Shown here piece by piece: positions 10,796 through 23,521 of a stretch of DNA of 64,000 nt (position 1 is the stretch's first letter; every line of letters starts with the position of its first letter). Under the pieces are notes generated by a model. It saw only the letters and a program-made list of their open reading frames with translations, was not told the DNA's origin and did no database searches. This stretch comes from Chrysemys picta bellii (Eukaryota). A program made the translations under genes and the position numbers. The stretch is from positions 289,540,001-289,604,000 of the forward strand of contig NC_088792.1 in assembly GCF_011386835.1 (NCBI RefSeq), given 5' to 3'.

Positions 10796-11790
10796 TCATC
10801 AGAACGGCCAGACTGGGTCAGACCAAAGGCCCATCAAGCCCAGTGTCCTGTCTTCCGCCAGTGGCCAATGCCAGGTGCCCCAGAGGGAATGAACAGAACA
10901 GGGAATCATCACGTGATCCATCCCGTCGCCCATTCCCAGCTCCTGGCAAACAGAGGCTAGGGACACCATCCCTGCCCAGCCTGGCTACTAGCTATTGATG
11001 GACCTATGCTCCATGCATTTATCTAGTTCTTTTTTGAACCCTGTTATATTCTTGGCCTTCACAACATCCTCTGGCAAAGAGTTCCACAAGCTGACTGTGC
11101 GTTGTGTGAAGAAATACTTCCTTTTGTTTTAAACCTGCTGCCTATTAATTTCATTTGGTGGCCCCTAGTTCTTGTGTTGGGAGGAGGAGTAAATAACACT
11201 TCCTTATTTACTTTCTCCACACCAGTCATGATTTTATAGACCTCTAGCATATCCCCCCTTAGTCATTTCTTTTCCAAGCTGAAAAGTCCCAATCTTATTA
11301 ATGTCTCCTCATAGGCAGCTGATCCATACCTCATCATTTTTGTTGCCCTTTTCTGACCCTTTTCCAATTCCAGTATATTCTGCAGTATTCGAGATGTGGG
11401 CATACCATGGATTTATAGAGACACAATATAATGTTTTCTCTTTTATCTATCCCTTTCTTAATGATACCCAACATTCTGTTCGCTTTTTTGACTGCCGCTG
11501 CACATTGAGTGGATGTTTTCAGAGAACTATCCACGATGACTCCAAGATCTCTCTCTTGAGTGGTAACAGCCAATTTAGACCCCATCGTTTTATATGTATA
11601 GTTGGGATCATGTTTTCCAATGTGCATTACTTTGCATTTATCAACACTGAATTTCATCTGCTATTTTGTTGCCCAGTCACCCAGTTTTGTGAGATCCCCT
11701 TGTAGCTCTTCGCAGTCTGCCTGGGACTTAACTATCTTGAGCAATTTTCGTATCATTTGCAAATTTCGCCATCTTACTGTTTACCCCCTT
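10796..11790 (-). mobile_element. CR1 LINE 3' fragment
   Basis: ORF2 C-terminal peptides ([26 protein letters not shown]) plus CR1 3' UTR; contains frameshifts. Confidence 0.92.
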
Positions 11791-13157
11791 TAATGGTATC
11801 TATGAATCACTGGCAACTTGTTGCAATAGCTCCTGGTACTGGCAGTGGCCATCTGGTAGAGAAGGCTGGTGCGTGCCTGTGTTCTCTTTGTGTGCTGAAC
11901 CTGGCCAGAGCTGGTACAGCACACAGACTTTTGCTCATAGCATAACTTTTGCTGAGTTTGGTTCAGGCCTCAGGCCTTGCCCCAGGCCTCGTGCTCTCTC
12001 CCCCTATTACAAAAACAGAGGAGCGACCACCTCATCCGGGGATGATGCAGAGGCACCCATCAGGGCCCGTGAATCCAGTTCCACCCCTCCTCCTCGAATA
12101 CCGACAGAACCGGCAGGCGAGGTGCAGTAGGACTCTTGAGCGGGGTTCAGATATCTGCCATAAGGAACTCACAGATCCCAATAATGCGAGAAAGAGGGAT
12201 GGATTGGTTGCAGGGGGACCCCAAAGAAATCTGGGCCAGCAGTCCCTGCGGGGAGGGGGTTCATATCCAGCAAGATGGTGAGGGTAACCCCTTGACTATC
12301 AGGGTTCAATTGCCTCCACAGAGCTACCAGTGCGGCCATCTCCTGCGAGTCATCTGAGTCCGAGACCTGCTCCATTGGTAGCAGTGGTGCTGTAGGTACC
12401 GGGACACTCCTGCCAGATTCCTGGAGGGGAGATGGCTCCTGGGACAATGGTGTAGACTCCTCCTCTGGAGTAAGAGCATCCCTCAGGAGGGCCGGGCTAG
12501 AAAAGTGGAGACTACGGATAAGGGAGGAATATATCCTCTGGTGTTATAAATGTCTCGGGACACCCTGGTGTTTGAGGTTCCCGTAGTTAAATCTGATGGA
12601 TCTGTTTATCTGCAGTGACCGGCTGGTCTTTAGATAGACGAAGCGATACAGACAACTGGTCTGGACCTGCACTTGTAGACGGAACATCTATCCTTGTGCT
12701 TCAGTACCGAGGTGACCAACAGACCCAGCGGATCCTTCTTTCTGTGTCTTGCACTCTGATCCAGGGGTCTTCAATGGAGTCAGTTCCTTAGGTTCCATAT
12801 GTGACGTCCCCCCCAAGCTGGACAGATTCAGGGAGGAAGTGCGTTTTTCATGGACAGTCCTCAATGATGATCTGTCCTTACACCAGGAGAGTGCTCTCTA
12901 CCATCAAGGGCAGCCCTGAAAGAAGAGATCTTAGGCTTAGATGTTGAGGGCTCTGCTCCAAGGCACTTACTTGGAGGGGCACTGTTGATCAGTTGAGGCT
13001 GATTACAGGGGGTCTCCCTGGCTGAAATCGGAGAGGGCTCTCATAGCCTTTTCCATCACATGCCTCCACAGGCGAAGCTCCCGGGCTTCTTGAGTTCTGG
13101 GTGGGAAGGAGCAACAGATAGTGCACTTCACAGAGACTAACACGGCTGCTACTCTGA

Positions 13158-13453
13158 GGGCTGGTCCCCACTTAGTCCGGACTTCGGACTAAGGTACGCA
13201 AATTCAGCTACGTTAATAACGTAGCTGAATTCGAAGTACCTTAGTCCGGACTTACCGCGGTCCAGACGCGGCCGGAAGTCTCCCCCCGTCGACGCCGCGT
13301 ACTCCTCTCGGCGAGCTGGAGTACCGGCGCCGACTGTGAGCACTTCCGGGATCGATCCGGGATCGATTTATCGCGTCTTAACCAGACGCGATAAACCGAT
13401 CCCAGAACATCGATGGCGTGCCGCCGGACCAGCCGGTAAGTGAAGACTAGGCC
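13158..13453. mobile_element. PIF/Harbinger-type MITE
   Basis: Imperfect TIRs gggctggtccccactta / ggcctagtcttcactta; TGA and TAA flanks; internal palindrome gctacgttaataacgtagc. Confidence 0.85.
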
Positions 13454-13891
13454 TAAAACTTCACAGAGATATGCGCCTCACCCAGACAATACAGGCAACA
13501 CTGATGTTCATCACTGACGGAGAAGGATTGAGGGACTCTGGGCATAGTCCTGGTGCTGCAGAGGCGTTTCCCAACCAGGGAGAAAGAAATACTCGGAACT
13601 ATACTATAAACTTTAACTGCTAACTACTAATCTCAGAATACAACAATTTACAAATGCTTTCTTTATAGGTTATGCACCAAAGTGGAGGGCACAGTTCTGA
13701 CTTGGGCCAAGCAGTGGTAAAAAGGAACTGGAGAGATATCAACCCACACTGTCTCTTATACCCTTGGTCAGGAGCATGAGGAGAACTACCGCACATGTGC
13801 GGGCCAACGGACACTGCTCTGAAGAATTTCTGGATAGGGTGCATGGTGCGCATTCACACTCACATTTAGAATACACGTAGAGACCATCACT

Positions 13892-14951
13892 CATAAGAAC
13901 ATAAGAAAGGCCGTACCGGGTCAGACCAAAGGTCCATCTAGCCCAGTATCCTGTCTACCGACAGTGGTCAATGCCAGGTGCCCCAGAGGGAGTGAACCTA
14001 ACAGGCAATGATCAAGTGATCTCTCTCCTGCCATCCATCTCCACCCTCTGACAAACAGAGGCTAGGGACACCATTCCTTACCCATCCTGGCTAATAGCCA
14101 TTAATGGACTTAACCACCATGAATTTATCCAGTTCTCTTTTAAACTCTGTTATAGTCCTAGCCTTCACAACCTCCTCAGGTAAGGAGTTCCACAAGTTGA
14201 CTGTGCGCTGTGTGAAGAACAACTTCCTTTTATTTGTTTTAAACCTGCTGCCTATTAATTTCATTTGATGACCCCTAGTTCTTGTATTATGGGAATAAGT
14301 AAATAACTTTTCCTTATCCACTTTCTCCACATCACTCATGATTTTATATACCTCTATCATATCCCCCCTTAGTCTCCTCTTTTCCAAGCTGATGAGTCCT
14401 AGCCTCTTTAATCTCTCCTCATATGGGACCCGTTCCAAACCCTTAATCATTTTAGTTGCCCTTTTCTGAACCTTTTCTAGTGCCAGTATATCTTTTTTGA
14501 GATGAGGAGACCACATCTGTACGCAGTATTTGAGAGGAGGGCGTACCATCGATTTATATAAGGGCAATAATATATTCTCCGTCTTATTCTCTATCCCCTT
14601 TTTAATGATTCCTAACATCCTGTTTGCTTTTTTGACCGCCTCTGCACACTGCGTGGACGTTTTCAGAGAACTATCCACGATGACTCCAAGATCTTTTTCC
14701 TGACTTGTTGTAGCTAAATTAGCCCCCATCATATTGTATGTATAGTTGGGGTTATTTTTTCCAATGTGCATTACTTTACATTTATCAACATTAAATTTCA
14801 TTTGCCATTTTGTTGCCCAATCACTTAGTTTTGTGAGATCTTTTTGAAGTTCTTCACAGTCTGCTTTGGACTTAACTATCTTTAGCAGTTTAGTACCATC
14901 TGCAAACTTTGCCACCTCACTGTTTACCCCTTTCTCCAGATCATTTATGAA
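13892..14951 (-). mobile_element. CR1 LINE 3' fragment
   Basis: ORF 14091-14915 contains KFADGTKL...[14 protein letters not shown]...[13 protein letters not shown]; cataagaacataagaa 3' terminal repeat. Confidence 0.95.
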
Positions 14952-14969
14952 GAATGTACACCTGATGGG

Positions 14970-15710
14970 TCTTCAATATGGAAGTTGAAGTCACTATGCA
15001 TGAGTGTGAAAGACTGGGAAGAGAAGAGAGAGCCAAGAGTTGAAATCAAAGAGGAAGGCTGAGGGGGAGGAATTGGATGGACAGTAGATGACAGCAACAT
15101 GGAGGGTGAGCAGAGAGTCAGGTGCAGTGCTGTTCAAAAAGAGGAGAACGCAGGAACGGAGAGGGCGGAGGTTGGAGGGACTTGAAGCAGCAGGAACAGG
15201 ATAGAAAAAGCCCATCACCCCCACCCCGGTCTGTTCCAGGCAGGAATGAGAGAAAAGAAGAGACCTCCTCAGAGGGCAGCAGCAGAGGTCATGACAGACA
15301 AAGGGATCTAGGTCAGAAAGCGAAGAGCTGTAGGGAGCAAGATACAAAGAGGTCATGGATGACAAATCTTTTCAGAGAAGGAGTAGGTGTTTCAGAGACA
15401 GTGGGGAAGGAGGGGGGGGAAAGAGAATTTGTGTAAGGTTGGAAATGGTGGCACAAGAGCAGCGGAAGTGGTCATGGGGAGATGGATATGGGAAGTGGAA
15501 AGGGGGTGAATGTAGGACTTGGATCTGTGCTGGTGGAAGGAAAGGGGAGATTAGTATGGAGAGGGGAAGAGGAGCAGGTAGGGACAGTGGGAACTGTAGA
15601 AGGGTCAGGGTACCAAGGATGGGAAAATGGAGCCAGTGGGGGGGGAAGGAGGATGGATGAAGAAGAAATGCGGTGATAGCCACTCTCAGTATGTAACATG
15701 TCCCCGCCTC
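14970..15710 (-). mobile_element. Old L2-type LINE endonuclease fragment
   Basis: Peptide LHVAVIYCPSNSSPSAFLFDFNSWLS resembles the L2 APE VAVIYRPP region. Confidence 0.55.
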
Positions 15711-15716
15711 CTCTAT

Positions 15717-15766
<50 letters not shown>
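15717..15766. repeat. (CA)n microsatellite
   Basis: Uninterrupted CA run read directly. Confidence 0.97.
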
Positions 15767-15770
<4 letters not shown>

Positions 15771-16315
15771 GTACAATCACCAATACTTGTATAAGTTTTT
15801 TTTGGAAGAATAGCAAGTATTTTTATTTTATAAACACAAAAAGGCACAAATACAATGCATGATTCAAGCAATGCTAGAAAACACCATATTGGTATAAGGC
15901 AAAAACAGTTTGCCAGCTGAAGTGATGCACCAAGAGACACTTTCAGTCAGGCTGGGTTCCTAACATCCCAGCAGTTTATCTGCTTTACCTCAAAGAGTCC
16001 TGCATTCAGTTAAAACAAAACAAAAGAACAACCCTGCTCAACAGCATAAAAATTCTTACAGCACTTGCAAATTTAGCAGCAGGCAGCATCGCAGGGAAAG
16101 GATGGAAACACATTAAAAAGGAGAAACAAGACAGGGAAGGGTGGGGGCAATACTATTAAACAGATCGTTGTGCTCCATAGCTCTGTTCAGCAAAATGAAT
16201 GAAACTAATCAGAACTGGGAATATTTAGAGAAAGCAAAACTAAACAGTTAATCCATGAAGATTTAACTGTACTGCACAGATTCCTCTTCACCAAGGATTC
16301 TCGTCTTCATTTAGG

Positions 16316-16386
16316 ACCTGCTCCAAAGACCACCGAAGTCAGTGCAAGTCTCTACGTGATTTCAGTGGGCTTTGGATCAAGCCCCA
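16316..16386. repeat. Short palindromic interspersed repeat (second copy at about 56910-56982)
   Basis: ggacctgctccaaag...ctttggatcaagccc hairpin; same pattern as gggcctgatccag...tttggatcaggttc. Confidence 0.55.
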
Positions 16387-16800
16387 CTTGCATCCACTGC
16401 CACTCTAACACTGCAGGGCTTTATGATACAGAAAAGTATAATCCAACTCCAGGCTCTCTCAGAAACCATGTCCTTATGGGACACAAAACTCAGCCATTTC
16501 TCACACTTGACACACAGTGTAACCCCAAGAACTCACTCTCACCTGATGGAAGTTTGGGTCACACCTCACCAGAAGGCCAGGGAGAGGTTTTAATGTAGAT
16601 TTGTTTACTTAGGGGGTTACACTAAACATATTATCTTTTCAGATTAGAACTTTCCTACTTCCTTTCCACTTCTGCTGAACTTCGAGCACAACCTGTCTGT
16701 ATTTGAAAATCCCCACCACAGGCAGGATAAGCTCATTCTCCAGCACCATCCTGGGACATCATCCATCCCTCAATTTACACAGAACAACAAGAAGTTGTTC

Positions 16801-16806
16801 TTTATT
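16801..16806 (-). terminator. Candidate poly(A) signal of NUGGC-like gene
   Basis: TTTATT on + (AATAAA on -), about 580 nt beyond the proposed stop. Confidence 0.45.
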
Positions 16807-17378
16807 ATTGCAGAAGTTTTCTGTTGATCAAATCACAATCTGTTTTCCTCTCCAAAAATCAGTGGGTCGATGATCTGTTGCTTTGGATTAATATGTAGGC
16901 TACAGTGTCTTAGCATTTGACTCTATGCATTTTGGATGAGTTACTGTTACTCTAAGTTTTTCTTTACCAACATGGCTTTCACTGGCAAAGAGTTGTTGGC
17001 TACACTCTAGAGTCAAGTGTCTTAGCAAAGGGGGAGTCCCATTTATATCATCTCTGCATGCTGCTGACTCACTTAATTTCTCTTTCAAGAAACAGTCAAC
17101 TATTGTCCAAATGGAGACTTCAGCTTTGCTGCTGTATGCAAACTCTTCCATTCTGAAAAGAGGCACTGATGCAGCAGGGTACTTCAGAGACAGTGCCCAG
17201 AATTCACTCAGTAAGTCGTATTAAATTATCCGTGTAAGATTACTTGACGATCAGTTTCAGAATAATTTTTCAACGGGAAGGAGTCTATTTCTACAGCCTT
17301 TTGGTACCGATGATATATGTTCATATATTGTGTGTTGTGTGTATAGAAGTCAGGTAACAATCTTTGTATTATAACAAA

Positions 17379-17521
17379 CTAGTGTGGGCTCCATGAATCT
17401 TTTGCAGTGTGCGTGTTTCCATTGGTCTCCATTTTATCCCCATCAGAACTGTCGTCTTCCTGAGCATTTAGAGTTCGCCACTTTCCCCAAACACCCTCTT
17501 TGGCTCGGACATGAAGGGTAC
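17379..17521 (-). CDS. NUGGC-like: NUGGC-like exon 22 of window, probable last coding exon ((G)TLHVRAKEGVWGKW...DSWSPH*)
   Basis: Pyrimidine-rich acceptor tattttgttctcctcttgcatacaataaAG; phase 1 matches the preceding exon; ends in TAG. No homology support, so less certain. Confidence 0.6.
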
Positions 17522-19671
17522 CTTTATTGTATGCAAGAGGAGAACAAAATATTAGATTCAGAGGCATCAGTCCTGCTTTGACACCAGTGAATTTTGCAGC
17601 TCTTGTTTGGTGGTTCCCAACATTTTGCTGGAATCCCACTGGGGAAACACTAATGGCTGGGTGTGTTCCTCTGTTCTGGCCCCCTTGCAACACACTTTAA
17701 AACAACACTGTCTTTCCGCTCTGTCCATTCAATCTTTCATCTGGTCTTTGTCCATCCCCCCATCTCCTCCGTCTCTTTTGTCTTGCTTCTTCCTTTGTGT
17801 ACTTTTCTCTCTCTTTTTTTTTTTTTTTTAATTCTTATCTGGAAACAGTCTCTCCTCTCCCTAGTCCACAAAAAGGTGTCTGTACCTAAACCTCTGTAGA
17901 CATGAGCTGCTTCCAGCATTGGCTACAGCAGGGACCAGTGCATGAGCAGGAACAGAATGCAGTTAACTTTCTAGGGCCAAGCAACTTTCCCTGCCTCCAG
18001 TTATTTCTCTCTGCAGCCTGCCCCTCAACAAGTCTTAAGGTTCCCCAAAGGATCCCACGTCCCAGTACTCTAGTCATTTAACACTATCAATGCTACCTCT
18101 GAAACACATGCAGGAGCTACTGGTAGCTGAGGGGGAACAGGGTGTTAACACGGATATGGGGCTGCTGTAGAAAGCTCCTAGACTTGAACAATCCTCCTGA
18201 TAGCCATGTCATAATTAAGGCTGGCAATAGACTGCAAAGAGCCATACAAAACTCTTGCTTGCAGCTAGTAGAAGATTGACTTCCCCTCAAGGTAAGCATC
18301 CCGCTGTTTGAAGCCCTGCTTACAATGGCATACAGACCCTTAATGTAGGCACACCCTAGTCCTGTCATTACACGGGCATCTACTTAAAGTCCTCTTAACA
18401 ACGACCTGTTTAAAAAGAAAGATCACTTACCTCTACAATAACTGAAGTTCCTCGAGATGTATGGTCCTTATTTGTATTCTATTGTGGTGCACATGTGCTC
18501 CGTGCAACTGAGACTGGAAAATTCTTACTAGTAGCGTCCGCACCTGTGCCCTGTACCTCTTCATGCTCCAATCTAAAGGCATTAGGGGAGGTGTGGACTG
18601 AATGCTTCTCCAATACCTTTTGAGAGTGGTTTGTGGTAGAGAAAGGATCTGATGCAGGAGAGGAGCAGGGTGGGTAGTGGAATACACAGAGGAACCACAT
18701 CTCAAAGAACTCAGGTCATTTACCTTACTGTTCTTTCTTCAAGTGATGGTCCCTATGCGTATTCCACTGTGGGTGACTCCCAAGCAGTATTCACCAAGGA
18801 GGAGGGTGAGAGAACCTGTATTGCACCATTAACACTAGGACCACTGTACCGAAGAACGCATCTGCAGAAGAGGCTTGCTCCAGTGCATGTCTAGTAAAGG
18901 TCTGCACAGAGCCCAGTGTTGTCACTCTTCAGTTTTCCAGGAGGGAAAAACCCTGAAGAGATGGCCCTGAAGCAGTCTGGGCTCTGGTCAAGTGAGCCCT
19001 CACTCTGCTATGATCTTGCAGGGATGACGACTTGTCAAAGGCAAACAACCAGAAATCAATTTGAAAAGACTCAGAGAGGAGACCGCTTCTCCTTTCAGCT
19101 GCTCAGCAAAGGAAACAAAGAGTCTCAGAGATTTCTGGGAGGGTTCAGTCCTTTGTAGGTAGGAAGCTATGCCTTGAGGGACGTCCATAGAGTGGAACTT
19201 CCTGTCCTTCCTGATGGCGTGAGGTTTTGGGGAGAAGACCAAAAGGTGTATGACCTGGTTAATGTGGAATTCAGAGGGAACCTCTGGAATGAACTTGGGG
19301 TGTAACCTCCTTACTCTAGGGAGCACTGCATAAGGAGTCTGCCACAAGGGCCCTGAGCTCACCCACTCTTCTGGCAGAGGTGATTGCAGTCAGGAAGGCT
19401 ACCTTCATAGACAGGTGAAGAAGGGGGCAAGGGGCCAATGGTACAAACAGAGGATTCATGAGTGTTGACAAAGCCAAGCTGAGGTCCCAAGACGGTGCTG
19501 GTTTCAGTACTGGAGGAAAAGTTCTGGCAAGGCCTTTCAGTAATCTTAGTTATAGGTTGGGTGAAGACCGAGTAGCTGTCAATCAGGGACTGGAATGTGT
19601 TAATTGCTGCCAAATGCAGACACTGGGAACAGAGAGAGCCCCAGCTTCTTCAGGGAAAGAAGGTAGTCTAA

Positions 19672-19923
19672 GGCCTGGTCCACACTAACCCTCCATTTTG
19701 AACTAAGGTACGCAAATTCAGCTACGTTAATAACGTAGCTGAATTCCAAGTACCTTGGTTCGAACTTACCGCGGGTCCAGACGCGGCAGGCATGCTCCCC
19801 CATCGATGCCGCGTACTCCTCTCGCCAAGCTGGAGTACCGGCGTCGACGGCGAGCACTTCTGGGATTGATCCCAGAAGATCGATTGCTTACCGCCGGATC
19901 CAGAGGTAAGTGTAGACCTACCC
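19672..19923. mobile_element. PIF/Harbinger-type MITE
   Basis: TAA TSD on both sides; same core as 13158-13453. Confidence 0.88.
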
Positions 19924-20900
19924 TAAGAGAGTAGAGATGTCCAAATCCTCTGGGGTTATGTGACGAAGTTGGTACCAGACAGAAAATCTCTTCCATTTAG
20001 GCCCACAACACTGTCTCGTGGGGAGTTTTCTGCTATTATGGAGTACAGATTGTACTTCCTTGGAGCACAATTCCTCTAAGCTCATCATCCTTCCCAACAC
20101 CAGGCTGTTAAGACAGAAGAATGCTAGGTTGGGATAGTTGATTCTGCCTCTGTTCTGTGTTAGAAGGTTTGGAAACGGATGGATATGCATGCACGGGAAC
20201 ACTGACATCTGACGGACGCTGCTGAACCAGAACTGCCTCAGCCAGTAGGATGCCATGAGACTCCCCAACACGCTGTCCTTGATTTTCTTTAGGACTCAGG
20301 GCAAAACGGTGGCGGGGTAGGAAGGCATTCATCAGCGGCTCCAACCACTGAACCAGGAAAGAATCCTCTGGAATCGTGACCACAACCTGCTTGGGAACAC
20401 TAGGTCGGGCATTTCTTGTTGTCCTTGTACACGAAGAGATCCCACAGTGGGAACCCCCACTGGAAGATGTTTTGTACCACCAAGTTACGTAGTTCCCACT
20501 TGTGGTCCTGCAGAAGCTTGTGAGTGGAATCCTGGGCTTCCTCCAGAAGAATCTGAAGACACTCTGGAATTCACACCTTGAAATTGCTTGTAGTCGTTGG
20601 GTAGTGATGGTGCGGCTGGTATCACCACCTCATCAGGGGATGAGGAAGAGAGTGCTGCAGGGGGGTCGAACCGTTCTGTGTGCTTGGGTTGATCTTCCTC
20701 ACAGTACTCATGAGGGGGCTGAGGAGACGTACTCCCTTTGCAGTGATCCTTGTGTAGACACCTGCAGAGATCCCTTTAAGTCAGGCGGTCTGCAGTAGGG
20801 ATCCCAGGAACCCCAACGTCCAGGGGATGGGATCATAATGATAAGGAGGTGGTGACAAAGGGGAGGGTACCAGGAGAATCTGGAGCTCCTATCTTGGCAA

Positions 20901-21883
20901 ACTCCTGGGGGAATTCTGTGCCACTGCAGGGGTGCATAATTAATGAGCCACGCATATTTTAAATTTTTTTGCGCAGAAAAAAGCTTCTGCTTAAAAGTCA
21001 CTGCAGTTCCGTCTTTTGGCCACCAGAGGGTGCGGTGGCGACAGAACACAGCAGCAGCTCCCAGACAGGGGGAGGACAGACTGGGGCAGGGGCTGAATAG
21101 GAGTGGAGGCACAGGGCCCCATCATGATCGGGGAGGGGGTGCAGAGCTACATAGGGATAGGGAGGTGGCTGGGTGGGGGCACAGACTTACTGGGACAGGG
21201 GGAAGAGGTATAGAGCCATATAGGGACAGGGCGTGGCTGGGTGACGGCACAGAGACACATGGGGATGGGGGAGGGGGAAGAGTGGGTGTCTGAGTGGAGG
21301 TGGAGGGACACGTGGACAGGCAGTGCAAGGACACGTGGATGGGGGTGTGTGTGTCTGAGTGGGGGTGGAGGGACACATGTGCCTGACTGAATGGGAGAGG
21401 CTAGGGGTCAGCCAGGGTCTACATGGGGGAAAACTCTCTAGCAGTCCCTCCCCGTCCCCCCCAAAAAACCTGTTCCATACTTTTCCCACCCATACCCAAC
21501 AACCCTCCAAGTTCATACCCAGGCTTCTTCCCAACAAGTATTTCCCTTTCCCTCAGCTTCTCTATTACTCCTCACTGCCCCCAGACTTTGCACTGCTTCT
21601 GGGGGATGCAGGAAATATGGTTCTGTATTGTAATTTAAATGAATTATTACGCAGAGTTCTGTATTAATATGCATAGAAAGGAATCTATTTGTCAAAAAAC
21701 ATTTTCTGAATCTTTTTTTGTTGTCTGTATTGTTACAGACACACTTGTTGACAGGTATTTTGAAATAAATGACCAAAATAATTGAAACTGGTATGATTAT
21801 ATAGTGTTATTTTGACAAATAAAATATGCAGAATTTGAAAATATTGTGCGCAGAATTTTTAGGCACAGAATTCCCCCAGGAAT
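20901..21883. mobile_element. Non-autonomous DNA transposon
   Basis: TIRs cctgggggaattctgtgcc / ggcacagaattcccccagg; G-rich interior. Confidence 0.8.
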
Positions 21884-23472
21884 AAACACTGCTTCTTGGA
21901 GCAGGCTGAGGGACACTGACTCGGTCTCTATCTCACCAGAAGAACAGGATTCTTCAGACTCCACGGATGAAGCCATTGACAGTACTGGCAAATGGTGCCT
22001 CAAAGGTGTGGGTGTCTCCTTATAATCACTGGTTCCACAAGTATCAGCAACTCTGTGTTGGAATAAAAGCCAGATCCTCCAGGACAGCGAACCCAGGTTT
22101 AGCAGCAGGCGAGCAGGAGGGATTGCTACCTCCCAGTGGAGCTGACAGTAGTGATTTAAGTTGGGTGATAGATGATGGAACCACCGAGTCCCTTTTGCTG
22201 CTGTGGTGCAGTGCTGACAGTGCAGCTGGTGCTCATTCTCTCCTGTTTCTCATATTCGGGCTGGTCCTGCCCCTTCCATAGCTGGCTGTTTAGGGCTGCT
22301 CTTGGCCCTCTGTATTGACAGATCAGCCCCCCGGTCCCAGTGAGCTCCTAACTTACCAATACTGGGATGTGATTTGGAAGGTGGAGGGGAAGTGATTCTC
22401 TTTTTAGAGGCCTTAGGAGGGGACCTTTCCTGTTTCTTATGGGGTGTTTGATCTTACCCTCCCCTCCTGTCTCTTGTTAGAGTTCCCAGGCTTGGTATCT
22501 GATGATCCAGAGCTGGAGAGCGTCAGCCTGAAAGGGCATTACTAGGGAACTGCTGATGATACACGAGGGTGTGTGTGCTTGAGTGTGACACAGAGAGAGA
22601 GGGACGACATGGGATTGGACTGGACCTTCACTGACTGCTCCATTAGGTATCTTTGAAGCCAAAATTCATGGGATTGCCATGTTCAAGGTGGAAGTGAACG
22701 GCAAACATTGCACTTGGAGACAACGTGGGATTCTCCAAGGCAATATAAAGCTGGAGGTAGGTCATGCAGGATTTAAAGCCTGGGATCTTAGGCATCCTAA
22801 GAACCCTAAACGTGAGGGGGGAGAGACATGGGGGGGAACCCAGACCCCAAAACACTAAATTAACTACTAAAATACTAGAACTAGCTATTTAAGACAAACT
22901 ATTTACACACACCCCAAAAATTTTTTTTAGCAGGAATGCTAGCAAAGCTGCAGACACTGAGGAGTTCTGTCCCAGACCGTAAGCCGTAGAAAGGAATTTG
23001 AGAGGTGGTCAATCCACGCCTCTCCTTATGACCTCGATTCGGAGCCCAAGGACGCACAGGGTGCAGGCACAAACCAATGGACGCTGCTAGTAAGAATTTT
23101 CCAGTCTCAGGTACATGGAGCGCATGTGCACATAGGGACCATCACTCGAAGAACCACACACTTTTCCGTACACCTACACCGTACACATTCAGAAACAGAG
23201 TGGGGTCCTCTGAAATGGATCACTGAGAAGGCAGTAAGCCAGTTAAGATTCAGACCACAGCCACCCTAATCAATATGGAAGCAAAGCTCACGGAGCTGAC
23301 AAGTCCAGCATAGTTTGCCTTGATCAGAGCAGACATGCTGAGATAGCTATGCTCCACAGGCTGCATTTCTTGACTGTAGGCTGCAAAGGTGGTGAAGTTC
23401 CTGGTTGGGCACATTTTGGGAGTCCCTTGCCTAGCAAGGACACAGTAACCATTAACAGTTGCCTTTGCTTAC

Positions 23473-23521
23473 CTGCTGCACTTGGAATGGTAAACAGCTC
23501 TCTTTCATCCTTCACAGTTAC
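23473..23521 (-). CDS. NUGGC-like: NUGGC-like exon 21 (VTVKDERELFTIPSAA)
   Basis: ttaatttcctcAG acceptor, GTaagc donor; 49 nt, phase 0 to 1. Confidence 0.7.

Larger units (their letters stand above)
9430..13892 (-). mobile_element. Degenerate DIRS retrotransposon (interrupted by CR1 and MITE)
   Basis: RT fragment GFYFPYFLIPTKDQEWRPTLDLQQLN at about 9430-9620; ORF1-like EEGRLVANVTLRAALHVVDLASRSLASG at 10142-10414; N-terminal Zn finger DEHQCCLYCLGEAH / KCTICCSFPPRT at about 13040-13540; terminal repeat ending gaccatcactc at about 13890. Confidence 0.85.
18424..23154 (-). mobile_element. Degenerate, internally deleted DIRS element in last intron
   Basis: Tyrosine recombinase peptide HSMDVPQGIASYLQRTEPSQKSLRLFVSFAE at 19000-19362; RNaseH/YR junction at 19918-20383; ORF1 start MPKIPGFKSC at about 22790; DIRS-type termini at both ends. 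Confidence 0.85.

Noticed and set aside
13190-13250. Palindrome as a CRISPR repeat or miRNA gene
   Set aside because: Internal palindrome of a dispersed Harbinger MITE family; no repeat-spacer array, and the context is eukaryotic.
15372-15940. ORFs containing CVCVCV runs
   Set aside because: Translation of the (CA)n microsatellite.
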